The position numbers and the translations under genes were made by a program. Below, piece after piece: positions 1 through 9,004 of a stretch of DNA of 64,000 nucleotides (the first letter of the stretch is position 1; each line of letters opens with the position of its first letter). The notes below the pieces were generated by a model that was not told the DNA's origin, ran no database searches, and worked only from the letters and a program-made list of their open reading frames with translations. The stretch is from positions 5,981-69,980 of the forward strand of contig DATNMO010000007.1 of the NCBI GenBank assembly GCA_035602245.1, in the 5' to 3' direction. Source of the DNA: Gemmatimonadales bacterium (GTDB lineage: Bacteria > Gemmatimonadota > Gemmatimonadetes > Gemmatimonadales > GWC2-71-9).

Positions 1-11
1 CGCTCACCAGT

Positions 12-884
12 GTGGCCCGGAACTGCACGGTCAGCGGCGCGACAACCCGCGCCCTGATCGTCCCGCAAGACGGCACCGTGGACGTCAGTTTCAGTGTCGG
101 CTGCGTGGAGGTCGAGCGGATCGCATACTCGTATAACGGAACGATTGTCGTCGGCCGCGTGGACGGTGCGTACTCCCCTGGGATTACCGCGGGATTCGCT
201 CCGGCGTGGTCGCCCAACGGCATCAGGCTCGCCTACGAGTGCGGCCAGGACATCTGCGCGATCAACGCCGACGGCACAGGGTTCGCGCGGCTCACTGTGG
301 ACGGGGCAGGCAATCACCACCCCGCCTGGTCGCCCGACCGCTCGAAGATCGCCTACGCGGCGACGCATGCCAGCGTGACTGAGCTCTACGTGATGACGGC
401 GAACGGTGCTGGGGCCGCTCGACGGACCCAGGGCGTGGGATTCGTCGGAAGTCCGGCGTGGTCCCCGGACGGAACGATGATTGCCTTCGACTGCCGCGTG
501 GACGCCGGCAATGACGACCTATGCTCTGTGAACGCGGACGGGACCGGATTCGCACGCCTCACGAACGATCCGGCGCGCGACTATGGTGCGGCCTGGAAGC
601 CGGACGGCTCGACGCTGGCGTTCGCGACGACGCGCTATGGGTCCGACGAGATCGCGCTGCTGAACGCGACGAGCGGCACCGTGACGCGCATCGGTGCCGG
701 GCTGCCCGGATTCGCACCCAGTTGGTCGCCCGATGGCACCCAGCTCGCGTTCGTGCAATTGGTCCAAAGGGACTACGACGGCGATTGGTACACCACCTCG
801 GTAATCTCGACGGCGAAAGCGGATGGCTCGATCGTCCGCTATCTGACCGACGGCGACCAGCCGGCGTGGAAGCCACATCTATGA
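12..884 (+). CDS. PD40/TolB-like beta-propeller repeat protein (5' end probably outside the window)
   Basis: Recurring AWSPNG / AWSPDR / AWSPDG / AWKPDG / SWSPDG motifs about every 45 aa, typical of TolB-type PD40 propellers. The frame stays open back to nt 3. Confidence 0.75.
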   Translation: MARNCTVSGATTRALIVPQDGTVDVSFSVGCVEVERIAYSYNGTIVVGRVDGAYSPGITAGFAPAWSPNGIRLAYECGQDICAINADGTGFARLTVDGAGNHHPAWSPDRSKIAYAATHASVTELYVMTANGAGAARRTQGVGFVGSPAWSPDGTMIAFDCRVDAGNDDLCSVNADGTGFARLTNDPARDYGAAWKPDGSTLAFATTRYGSDEIALLNATSGTVTRIGAGLPGFAPSWSPDGTQLAFVQLVQRDYDGDWYTTSVISTAKADGSIVRYLTDGDQPAWKPHL

Positions 885-947
885 GCGGTCGCGCGGTGAC
901 GCGCGGGCTGCATGCGTCTGATCCACCTTCTCATTGAGGCAGGCACC

Positions 948-2204
948 ATGTTCAACCGAATGTTGTTGCTCGGCCCCGCCGTGCTCGTTGCGGCGGCCTG
1001 CAGTATCGACCGCCCACACCCTACCGACGCGTCCGTGGCTGCCAACACGGGCGTGGCCTTCTCCGCGGTCAAGTTCTGGGAGGCTGGTGCAACGGTAAGT
1101 TGGAACCAGCTGGCGACCGACCTGGCGACGGCCGCGCCAGCGCCCGGGGTCAACACGATTCGCCTGTACACCTATCTCTCGCTCGCTCAGCTGCGTGCTG
1201 CCGAGGCGGCACAGGCAGCCCCGGGGCCACATCCCCCGATCGCCGCGGCTATCGGTGGCGCTTCGGTCGTTGTGCTGAGCTCGTTCTTCCCCGGCAGCGT
1301 CGCCCAGCTCGAAGCCGCGCTCGACGCGCAAGATGCGTCCGACCCGTGGCCGGGCGCGAAGCACGCGGATTTCGCCGCAGGTGAAGCGATCGGGCGGGCG
1401 GCCGGCGCGCGCGTGCTCAGCTTCGCGCAGGGCGACCTCGTGGGGCTCACGAGTCCACTGCTCCCGCCCATCGGACCGCCCCCCGTCGGACCGGGCTACT
1501 GGATCTACGCCCCTCCTCCCGTAATCGCACTCGGCAACCTCGGCGCGCGGCCCTTCTTTCTCACGTCCCGGGATCAGCTGCGGTCGGCTCCGCCACCCGC
1601 ATTTGGAAGCGATGCCTTCAATGCGGCGCTGGCCGAGGTTCGTCAGATCTCGGACACCCGGACCCAAGAGCAGATCGACATCGCGAACTACTGGAACGTG
1701 AACCAGTCGCCGCGGTCGCAAGCTGCTTTCATGGGAATCGCGCGCGAGCTGATCGTGTCGCACCACCGCTCCGACGCGGAGGCCGCACGGATTTTGTTCG
1801 TTATGAGCGCGGCAGGCTTCGATGCGCTCATCGGATGCTTCGATGCCAAGTACCACTACTGGTTCATCCGGCCCCCGCAGGCAGACGGCGGTATCCATAC
1901 CGTATTCCCGACGCCGCAGCACCCGTCGTACCCGTCCGCTCACTCCTGTTTCTCGGGCGCGTTTAGTGTCGTTCTCGCTGATGAATTCCCGAGCGAGGGT
2001 GCTCGAATGGAAGCCGTCGCCCAAGAGGCGAGCCTGTCGCGCCTCTACGCAGGAATTCACTATCGATTCGACATGGTGGCGGGGCTCGAGCTGGGCCGTC
2101 GCGCTGCGGCGCTCGCGTTGGCGGCGGACCTCGACCAGGTCGCCCCGGGCACCAAGGAAAGGACGCCTCGCCACCGCCATCACTCACACGATCGCGACCG
2201 CTGA
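948..2204 (+). CDS. PAP2-superfamily lipoprotein (acid phosphatase / vanadium haloperoxidase-like)
   Basis: Tripartite PAP2 motif: KYHYWFIRP ... YPSAHS ... SRLYAGIHYRFD. Internal ATG at 948 gives the lipoprotein-type signal MFNRMLLLGPAVLVAAAC. The antisense 434-aa ORF is Arg/Gly-rich shadow. Confidence 0.8.
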   Translation: MFNRMLLLGPAVLVAAACSIDRPHPTDASVAANTGVAFSAVKFWEAGATVSWNQLATDLATAAPAPGVNTIRLYTYLSLAQLRAAEAAQAAPGPHPPIAAAIGGASVVVLSSFFPGSVAQLEAALDAQDASDPWPGAKHADFAAGEAIGRAAGARVLSFAQGDLVGLTSPLLPPIGPPPVGPGYWIYAPPPVIALGNLGARPFFLTSRDQLRSAPPPAFGSDAFNAALAEVRQISDTRTQEQIDIANYWNVNQSPRSQAAFMGIARELIVSHHRSDAEAARILFVMSAAGFDALIGCFDAKYHYWFIRPPQADGGIHTVFPTPQHPSYPSAHSCFSGAFSVVLADEFPSEGARMEAVAQEASLSRLYAGIHYRFDMVAGLELGRRAAALALAADLDQVAPGTKERTPRHRHHSHDRDR

Positions 2205-2227
2205 CCTTTCAGGGAGAAGATCAAGCT

Positions 2228-2260
2228 CCACAGCGACCGCTGCTGTGGGGCTTTTCTTTG
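2228..2260 (+). terminator. Rho-independent terminator after the PAP2 gene
   Basis: Stem ccacagc (2228-2234) / gctgtgg (2242-2248), 7-nt loop, followed by ggcttttctttg. Confidence 0.6.
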
Positions 2261-2387
2261 TCTCACCGGCAGCAAACGGTGGCGTGCCTGGCGGGCAGTC
2301 CATGTCTGAATCACCCGGCGATGATCGATGCCTCACGTATCGGCGGCCCCGCCAGCGCCCCAGCGTTCTCGCATAGCCACACCCTCA

Positions 2388-2756
<369 letters not shown>

Positions 2757-2822
2757 CTCCGCTGTTTTCCATCGGAGTGATTCCTCGGACCATCAAACCA
2801 CGCACGCATCGGTTTTCGCCTT

Positions 2823-2942
<120 letters not shown>

Positions 2943-2950
2943 CTCCATAG

Positions 2951-2990
2951 AAGCCCGCTCCCGAGCATCGGAGCGGGCTTCGATGTTTCT
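2951..2990 (+). terminator. rRNA-operon terminator hairpin
   Basis: Perfect 11-bp stem aagcccgctcc (2951-2961) / ggagcgggctt (2970-2980), followed by cgatgtttct. Confidence 0.65.
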
Positions 2991-3005
2991 CGCTAGCTTC
3001 GCTCC

Positions 3006-3845
3006 ATGACCCGCTGCGGCACCGTCGCCCTCGCCGGCCGGCCCAACGTCGGCAAATCCACGCTCCTCAACGCGCTCGTGGGCGAGCACCTCGCCATCGT
3101 GTCGCCCAAGCCGCAATCGACCCGCATGCCCGTCGTCGGCCTGCTCACCAAAGACGACGCGCAGTTCATCTTCACCGACTCCCCGGGACTGCTGGAGCCC
3201 GAGTACCAGCTGCACGAAGCGATGCGCGCCGCCGCGCTGCGCGCGATCGACGATGCCGAGGTGATCGCCTACCTGCATCCGCTCTCCGAATACCCCGCGC
3301 CGCCCCTCGCCCAGGTCGCGCGCCTCGAGCGGCCGCCGCGCGCCCCGATCCTGACCGTGTACACGAAGTCCGACCTCGCCGCATCGCGGCCGGACGTCCT
3401 CGCTGTTTCGGCGGTAACCGGAGCGGGAGTCGAAGCGTTCCTGGCCGCCCTGCGCGCCCAGATCCCCGAGGGCCCGTTCCACTACGACCCCGACGAGCTC
3501 GCGACCCAGCCGATGCGGTTCTTCGCCGCGGAGTTCATCCGCGAGGCGGCGTTCGAGCAGCTGCATGAAGAGCTGCCGTACAGCGTCGCCTGCGAGATCG
3601 ACGAGTTCCGGGAGGGCGCCGAGCCGGTGTATATTCGGGCCGTGCTGTACGTCGAGCGGGACAGTCAGAAGGGGATCGTCATCGGCGAGGGGGGACGCAC
3701 TATCAAGACGCTCGGCGCCGCCGCCCGCGCCAAGATCGAGACGCTGCTGGGCCAGCGCGTATTCCTCGACCTGCACGTCAAAGTGCTCCCCAAATGGCGC
3801 CGCCACAAACCCTCTCTCAAGCGGCTGGGGTACGCTACGTCATGA
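3006..3845 (+). CDS. era: GTPase Era
   Basis: G1 motif [14 protein letters not shown]3 motif, C-terminal KH-like region ([15 protein letters not shown]). Confidence 0.9.
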   Translation: MTRCGTVALAGRPNVGKSTLLNALVGEHLAIVSPKPQSTRMPVVGLLTKDDAQFIFTDSPGLLEPEYQLHEAMRAAALRAIDDAEVIAYLHPLSEYPAPPLAQVARLERPPRAPILTVYTKSDLAASRPDVLAVSAVTGAGVEAFLAALRAQIPEGPFHYDPDELATQPMRFFAAEFIREAAFEQLHEELPYSVACEIDEFREGAEPVYIRAVLYVERDSQKGIVIGEGGRTIKTLGAAARAKIETLLGQRVFLDLHVKVLPKWRRHKPSLKRLGYATS

Positions 3846-4012
3846 GCCTCGCTCCCGACCTCCTCGAAATCCTCGTCTGCCCCAAGTGCAAAGGGCCGCT
3901 CGAGTACCGCGCTGCGCCCGCCGAGGGGCTCGTTTGCCACGCCTGCCGGCTCGTGTACGCGATCGAGGACGACATCCCCATCATGCTCATCGATGAGGCA
4001 ACGCCCTTCTGA
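3842..4012 (+). CDS. Trm112/YcaR-family small zinc-ribbon protein
   Basis: 56 aa, [12 protein letters not shown]...[24 protein letters not shown] overlap with the era stop. Confidence 0.8.
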   Translation: MSLAPDLLEILVCPKCKGPLEYRAAPAEGLVCHACRLVYAIEDDIPIMLIDEATPF

Positions 4013-5021
4013 AAGGCAGACGGTTGGCCGGTTAGGCGGTCAGGCACTTCCACTCGCCCTGCTGCTACTAGCCGTCCATCCGTCGAACCGTCTAACCGCC
4101 CAAGAGCCGCCGCTCAACGCCGGCGCGCTATTTCTCGTCTTTCCCGTCGGCGCTCAGGCCGTGGGCATGGGCCAGACCGCGACGGCGATGGCGGGGCGGG
4201 GAGAGGCGGCGTTCTGGAACCCGGCGGGACTCGCCACCCTCACGGATGCTGAGTTCGCCTTGCACAGCGCGACGCTCGTCGCCGCGCGCAGCCACGTGTT
4301 GGGCGCCTACTTTCCCTCGCGCGGCATCGGCGTGATCGGCGGCGCCGTATACCTCGTTGACTACGGCGACCTGGAGCGCACCGACGGGAACGGCAACACC
4401 ATTGCCCGGATCGCGCCGCGCAATTTCGAGTTCGTCGCCTCGTACGCGACGAACCTCACCGGCTCGTTCGTGTTCGGGTTGAGCTACAAGCTCGTGCAGT
4501 TTCGGGTGGACTGCAGCGGCGACTGCACCGATTTCCCCGCGGGCACCGGGACGACGCACGCGCTCGACCTGGGCGGACAATTCGAGCTCGGCGCCGGCGG
4601 CCCGCTGCGCGTGGGCGTGGCGCTGCGGAACGTCGGCTTCAAGCTGCAGGTGCAGAATCAAGCCCAGGCCGATCCGCTCCCCACCCGCCTCGCCGTCGGC
4701 GCGCTCTACGAGGTGCGGCTCCGGCCCAGGAACCGCGCCGCCCCCGACGAGCGCTTCGACGTGAAGCTCGCGGCCGATGTGGACAGTCCCTGGGGCGAGG
4801 CGGGACGGTCGGAGACGCGCCTCGGCGTGGACCTCGGATACCAGCGGCTACTGCGCGTGCGCGCCGGCTATGCCTTCGTGCAGGATGGGTTGAGCGGGCC
4901 AAGCGTCGGACTCGGAGTTGAAGCCGGCTCCGTTGGCGTGGATCTGGCCCGCACGTTTCTCAGCGGTTCTGATCTGCAGGTGGACAGCCCGACGTTCTTT
5001 TCGTTCCGGGTGACGTTCTGA
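3993..5021 (+). CDS. Outer-membrane beta-barrel protein, PorV/FadL-like (putative)
   Basis: N-terminal signal-like segment, [11 protein letters not shown]...AFWNPAGLA motif, alternating beta-strand pattern, C-terminal FFSFRVTF beta-signal. Confidence 0.55.
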   Translation: MRQRPSERQTVGRLGGQALPLALLLLAVHPSNRLTAQEPPLNAGALFLVFPVGAQAVGMGQTATAMAGRGEAAFWNPAGLATLTDAEFALHSATLVAARSHVLGAYFPSRGIGVIGGAVYLVDYGDLERTDGNGNTIARIAPRNFEFVASYATNLTGSFVFGLSYKLVQFRVDCSGDCTDFPAGTGTTHALDLGGQFELGAGGPLRVGVALRNVGFKLQVQNQAQADPLPTRLAVGALYEVRLRPRNRAAPDERFDVKLAADVDSPWGEAGRSETRLGVDLGYQRLLRVRAGYAFVQDGLSGPSVGLGVEAGSVGVDLARTFLSGSDLQVDSPTFFSFRVTF

Positions 5022-5824
5022 TGATCCGTGCGGGCATCCGGTTTGTGTGGTTGGCCGCGCTCGTCGCGGCGAGCCCCGCGCTGGCGCAGGACTCAACTCC
5101 CCCCCCCTCCCCCCCGGCACCGCGACGCCCCGCCGGCGTGTTGCTGCGGCCGCTGGCCTCGCTGATCGTGCCCGGGACCGGCCAGCTGCTCGCGCATCAG
5201 GATCGCGGTGCCGTGTACCTCGCCGCGGAAATCTATCTCGTCTCGCGCCTCTTGCAGCTCAGTCGGGAAGCGGCGCGCGAAGCCGAGCGCTTCGAGTCCC
5301 TCGCATACGACGTCCCCCGGCGCTCGTTCGCGCCCACCCGCCGCGATACGATATTCGAGTACTACGAGCAGATGGAGCGGTTCGTCGAGAGCGGGCGCTA
5401 CGACACCGATCCGGGCGCGGCGTTCGTCCCCGAGAGCGATCCCCGCACGTACAACGGCTCGGTATGGCTGCTCGCGCGGTTGACGTTCTGGAGGGATCCG
5501 GCCGTCCCGCCCGACCCGACGTCGCCGGCGTACTGGCGTGCCCTGCAGTTCTATCAGGCGCGCGCGGTGGGACCGGCGTACCAGTGGAGCTGGCGCGACC
5601 ACTCGCTCGAGCACGAGGTGTTTCGGCAATCGATTCGGCGCAGCGACAACGCCTTCCGGCACGCGCAGAATCAAGTCGGCCTCCTCCTGGCCAATCACGT
5701 CATGAGTGCGGTGGATGCCCTCATCTCCACGCGGCTCGCCGCGGTCGCGGGCCGCCCCGCCGCGCTCCACACCACTGTGGGTCCGGGCGGCGTCACGCAG
5801 GTGCGGTTCACCCTGACCTTCTAG
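5021..5824 (+). CDS. Hypothetical exported protein (DUF5683-like PGTGQ motif; possible OM association)
   Basis: Signal peptide ending ALAQ, Pro-rich stretch, SLIVPGTGQLL motif, C-terminus VRFTLTF. TGATG-type overlap with the upstream barrel gene. Confidence 0.5.
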   Translation: MIRAGIRFVWLAALVAASPALAQDSTPPPSPPAPRRPAGVLLRPLASLIVPGTGQLLAHQDRGAVYLAAEIYLVSRLLQLSREAAREAERFESLAYDVPRRSFAPTRRDTIFEYYEQMERFVESGRYDTDPGAAFVPESDPRTYNGSVWLLARLTFWRDPAVPPDPTSPAYWRALQFYQARAVGPAYQWSWRDHSLEHEVFRQSIRRSDNAFRHAQNQVGLLLANHVMSAVDALISTRLAAVAGRPAALHTTVGPGGVTQVRFTLTF

Positions 5825-5956
5825 CGAGCCTCTCCAATTCGCCATGGGATTCTCAGTCTTCGTGGAGATCTTGAACACTCGGCTGCGCGCCCGCAGCGCG
5901 CCGGTTCGTCTGCGAGAGGCGTATACACCCGACTGAGGGCGAAAAAACGCGTTCAT

Positions 5957-5985
5957 TTGACACGGGAGGCGAAGTGGCCTAAGTT
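5957..5985 (+). promoter_or_regulatory. Sigma70-type promoter (TTGACA-17 nt-TAAGTT)
   Basis: Exact -35 TTGACA at 5957-5962, 17-nt spacer, TAAGTT at 5980-5985. A GAGGAG RBS precedes the GTG at 6018. Confidence 0.5.
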
Positions 5986-6017
5986 TAGGCGCTTTCTACC
6001 CTTACGAGAGGAGTAAG

Positions 6018-6995
6018 GTGCGGTCGCGCCAAGCCATTCTCTTCTTTTCGCCGGCTGGTCGTCCCGTACCTGACTTCGTGACCACCTGGGTCAACGGAAA
6101 GGGTCTGCCTGTGATTACCGTTCCCCAAGCGGCGGGGATCGAGGAACGGGTGCTGCGCGCCCTTCCCACGCTGGTCGTCGTGGATGCTGACAGCGCGGGG
6201 GGGGAAGGCTTGGAGCTGTGCGCCCGCCTCAAGGGCGATGCGTATACGGCGATCGTGCCGCTCGCCGTGGTGACCAACCGTCATGCGACCGACGTGGTGC
6301 GGCGCTGGTTTGGCGCAGGCGCGGACGAGGTCATCACCCCGCTCTTCGAGCCGGGGGAGCAGGCGGGCCGGCTCGATGCGCTGGTCACGCGCGCCGAGCG
6401 GGACGTGGCGGTCCACCCCTCGACCCGCCTTCCGGGCACGACCGAGATCGAGCGGGAGTTCCGGCGCCGGATGGACCTCGGCGAGCTGTTCGCCGTGTGT
6501 TACGCCGATCTGGATCACTTCAAGGAATTCAACGATCGCTACAGTTACTACGACGGCGATCGGGTGATCTATCTCCTCTCGCGCATCCTGCACGACGTCG
6601 TGAGAGGTTTGCTGGGGAAGCAAGGCTTCGTCGGGCACATTGGCGGTGATGACTTCATCTTCGTCATCCCGATCGAAAGCATCGGCGAAGTATGCGGAGA
6701 AGTGCTCGACGTGTTCGACACGCTCGTGCCATATCAGTACAACGAGCAGGACCGCCGGGCTGGGTATTATTTCGGGAAGGATCGACGCGGCCAGCTGCAC
6801 CGGGTGCCCCTGATGACGCTGTCGATTGGCGTCGTGACGAACCAACACCGGCGGTTCGCCCATCCGGCGCAAGTGAGCGAACTCGCGACCGAGATGAAGA
6901 GTTATGCAAAGACCCAAGCGGGGTCGGTGTTCGTGGTAGACCGCCGTCATGATCCCGAGCCCGGAGAGGCCGGGAGCGGGGATATCGAGGCCTAG
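6018..6995 (+). CDS. Degenerate receiver domain + GGDEF-family (GGDDF) diguanylate cyclase-like protein
   Basis: REC-like N-terminus (LVVVDAD..., VPLAVVT) that lacks the N-terminal acidic pair and the conserved Lys (ITPLF). C-terminal DLDHFKEFNDRY...GDRVI...GHIGGDDFIFV. Confidence 0.8.
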   Translation: MRSRQAILFFSPAGRPVPDFVTTWVNGKGLPVITVPQAAGIEERVLRALPTLVVVDADSAGGEGLELCARLKGDAYTAIVPLAVVTNRHATDVVRRWFGAGADEVITPLFEPGEQAGRLDALVTRAERDVAVHPSTRLPGTTEIEREFRRRMDLGELFAVCYADLDHFKEFNDRYSYYDGDRVIYLLSRILHDVVRGLLGKQGFVGHIGGDDFIFVIPIESIGEVCGEVLDVFDTLVPYQYNEQDRRAGYYFGKDRRGQLHRVPLMTLSIGVVTNQHRRFAHPAQVSELATEMKSYAKTQAGSVFVVDRRHDPEPGEAGSGDIEA

Positions 6996-6998
6996 CGC

Positions 6999-7883
6999 GT
7001 GAACGTCACGTGTCCGTCGTGCGAAACCGTTTATCGGGTGGACCCAGCCAAGGTCCCCGCCGGGGGCGTGCGCGCGCGCTGCAGCGTCTGCAGTAGCGTC
7101 TTTGCCGTCAGCGCGGACGGGGCCGGGGGAGGAGCGGAGAGGGGGGCTGCGGTGGGGAGCGACCGTTCCACCCTGCCGCGCGCCGCGCCGGCACCGGCGC
7201 CTCGAGCGGGACCGCCGCCGCCGGCTGCGCCGCCGCCGCCGCCCGCGCCCACAGCTCCGGCGCCGCCAGCGCGCCCGGCGATGCCGGCCGCTCCGACGAT
7301 TGCCCGGCCTGCGGCACCCCCGGCCTCGCCCATCGCGCGCCCGCCCATGGCTGGTCCTGCAGTTCCTGCGGCTCCACCTAGACCTGCAGCGCCGCCGCCG
7401 CCGCCCGCGCCCGCTGCCGCGCCGGTCCGGCCAGCGGCCCCTGCGCCGGCTGCGCCGTCTCCTTTCCGGCCTGCTCCCCCCCCTCAGGCGCCCGTCGCGC
7501 CGGCCGCCGCTGTGCCTGCTCCCGCCGCGCCACCGAAGCCTGCCGCCCCAGCGGCTGGGGGCGCGGGAGTGGGGGCGGGAGTCAGCGCGCCGGGGAAGCG
7601 GCTCACCGGACCGCTGCGGCCGGTGAACCCGTTCATGGTGCAGGATCCGAAACAGAAGGCGCGTCGGCTCGCGCGGGCCCTGATCTCCGACATGCTAGTG
7701 TATCATCCGGAGAAGCGGCAGCAGGGGATCCGCGACGGCACGTTGCCGCAGCTCTTCAAGGACGAGATCGAAAAGAGCTGGCAGGAATACGTGGAGCAGG
7801 TGGGGCTCGAAATGGCCCAGAGTACGCCGTTCTGGACCGAGGCGCTGAACGAGATCCTCGGCGGCGGGAAAAAGCTCTTTTAG
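6999..7883 (+). CDS. MJ0042-type zinc-ribbon protein with long Pro/Ala-rich linker and conserved C-terminal domain
   Basis: N-terminus VTCPSCETVYRV...ARCSVCSSVF, about 170 aa of P/A low complexity, then an ordered C-terminal ~80 aa. Confidence 0.7.
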   Translation: MNVTCPSCETVYRVDPAKVPAGGVRARCSVCSSVFAVSADGAGGGAERGAAVGSDRSTLPRAAPAPAPRAGPPPPAAPPPPPAPTAPAPPARPAMPAAPTIARPAAPPASPIARPPMAGPAVPAAPPRPAAPPPPPAPAAAPVRPAAPAPAAPSPFRPAPPPQAPVAPAAAVPAPAAPPKPAAPAAGGAGVGAGVSAPGKRLTGPLRPVNPFMVQDPKQKARRLARALISDMLVYHPEKRQQGIRDGTLPQLFKDEIEKSWQEYVEQVGLEMAQSTPFWTEALNEILGGGKKLF

Positions 7884-7893
7884 AGGAGTCAGC

Positions 7894-9004
7894 ATGGTGG
7901 CGCTCGCAGAACGCTTTGCGGATTTCGATCGCCGGCTCGTCGAGCTCAGGAGATTTCTTTGACGTCGACGGGAAGGCCGCGCGCCTGGCAGAGCTGGAGC
8001 ACAAGATGGCGGACGGCTCCCTCTGGGCTGACGCCGAGCGCGCCCGCCAGACGGTCGCCGAAGTCAAAGCGCTGAAGGGCTGGCTCGAGCCCTATCACGC
8101 GCTGCGCAAGCGCGTGGACGAGGGCCGCGAGCTGAACGAGCTGCTCGAAGCCGAATCCCACGTCGATCTCCAGCTGCAGCGGTCCCTCGAAACGGATGCG
8201 GAGCAGATCTCTGGGCGGCTCGAGGCCCTCGAGCTCCAGAACATGCTGCAGGGTCCCGACGACGCGCGCGATGCGCTGCTCACCATCCATCCCGGGGCGG
8301 GCGGCACCGAATCGCAGGACTGGGCGGAGATGCTCGTCCGGATGTACACGCGCTGGGCCGAGCGGCACGGCTTCACCGTCGAGTTGCTCGATGTCCTCCA
8401 GGGGGAAGAAGCCGGCATCAAATCGGCCGAGATCGAGATCCGCGGTCAGTACGCCTACGGCTTATTGAAGGCGGAGAAGGGCGTCCATCGGCTGGTTCGC
8501 ATCTCGCCCTTCGATTCGCAGTCGCGCCGGCACACGTCGTTCGCGTCGGTGTTCGTCTATCCCGTTGTGGAGGACGAGATCGAAATCGAGATCAATGACG
8601 ACGACCTGCGCATCGACGTGTTTCGCGCGTCGGGCAAGGGTGGACAGCACGTGAACAAGACCTCGTCGGCGGTACGGATCACGCACCTGCCTACGAACAT
8701 CGTGGTGTCCTGCCAGCAGGAACGGAGCCAGGGGAAGAACAAGGCGACGGCGATGAAGATGTTGAAGGCGCGGCTGTACGAGCGCGCGGTCGCTGAGCGC
8801 GAGGCGAAGAAAGCCGAAGTGGACAAACAGAAGACCGACATTGCCTGGGGGAATCAAATTCGCTCGTACGTGTTTCAGCCCTACACCATGGTGAACGACC
8901 ATCGCACCGAGCTCAAGGTCAGCGACGTGCACAAAGTGATGGACGGTGACCTCGATCCGTTCATCGAGGCATTCCTGAAGCGCTCCGGGGGCAAGGCGGC
9001 GTAA
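7894..9004 (+). CDS. prfB: Peptide chain release factor 2 (requires programmed +1 frameshift at 7957-7963)
   Basis: ATG 7894 (RBS GAGGAG) opens a 22-codon frame that ends CTT TGA. The +1 frame continues as DVDGKAARLAELE... and contains SPF and GGQHVN motifs. Confidence 0.9.
7948..7963 (+). other. RF2 autoregulatory +1 frameshift cassette (AGGAGA TTT CTT TGA C)
   Basis: Internal SD-like AGGAGA, 3-nt spacer, slippery CTT followed by an in-frame TGA and C. This is the same architecture as the E. coli prfB site. Confidence 0.85.

Noticed and set aside
888-906. GC hairpin cgcgcg-gtga-cgcgcg just after the first gene
   Set aside because: It is only 6 bp with no U-tract, and such palindromes are frequent in GC-rich DNA.
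879-2183. 434-aa ORF antisense to the PAP2 gene
   Set aside because: Arg/Gly/Pro-rich composition and no recognisable motifs, while the + strand frame carries a complete PAP2 signature. This is a typical shadow ORF of a high-GC gene.
5843-5935. 30-codon ORF (MGFSVFVEILNTRLRARSAPVRLREAYTPD) in the 5825-6017 intergenic region
   Set aside because: It has no RBS, no conservation evidence is available, and it overlaps a small GC hairpin. This is insufficient support.
7100-7560. Highly repetitive GC-rich stretch (ccgccgccg / gcgccg motifs) that looks like a tandem repeat array
   Set aside because: It is the in-frame Pro/Ala low-complexity linker of the zinc-ribbon protein. It has no regular unit length and no spacer-repeat structure, so it is not a CRISPR or VNTR array.
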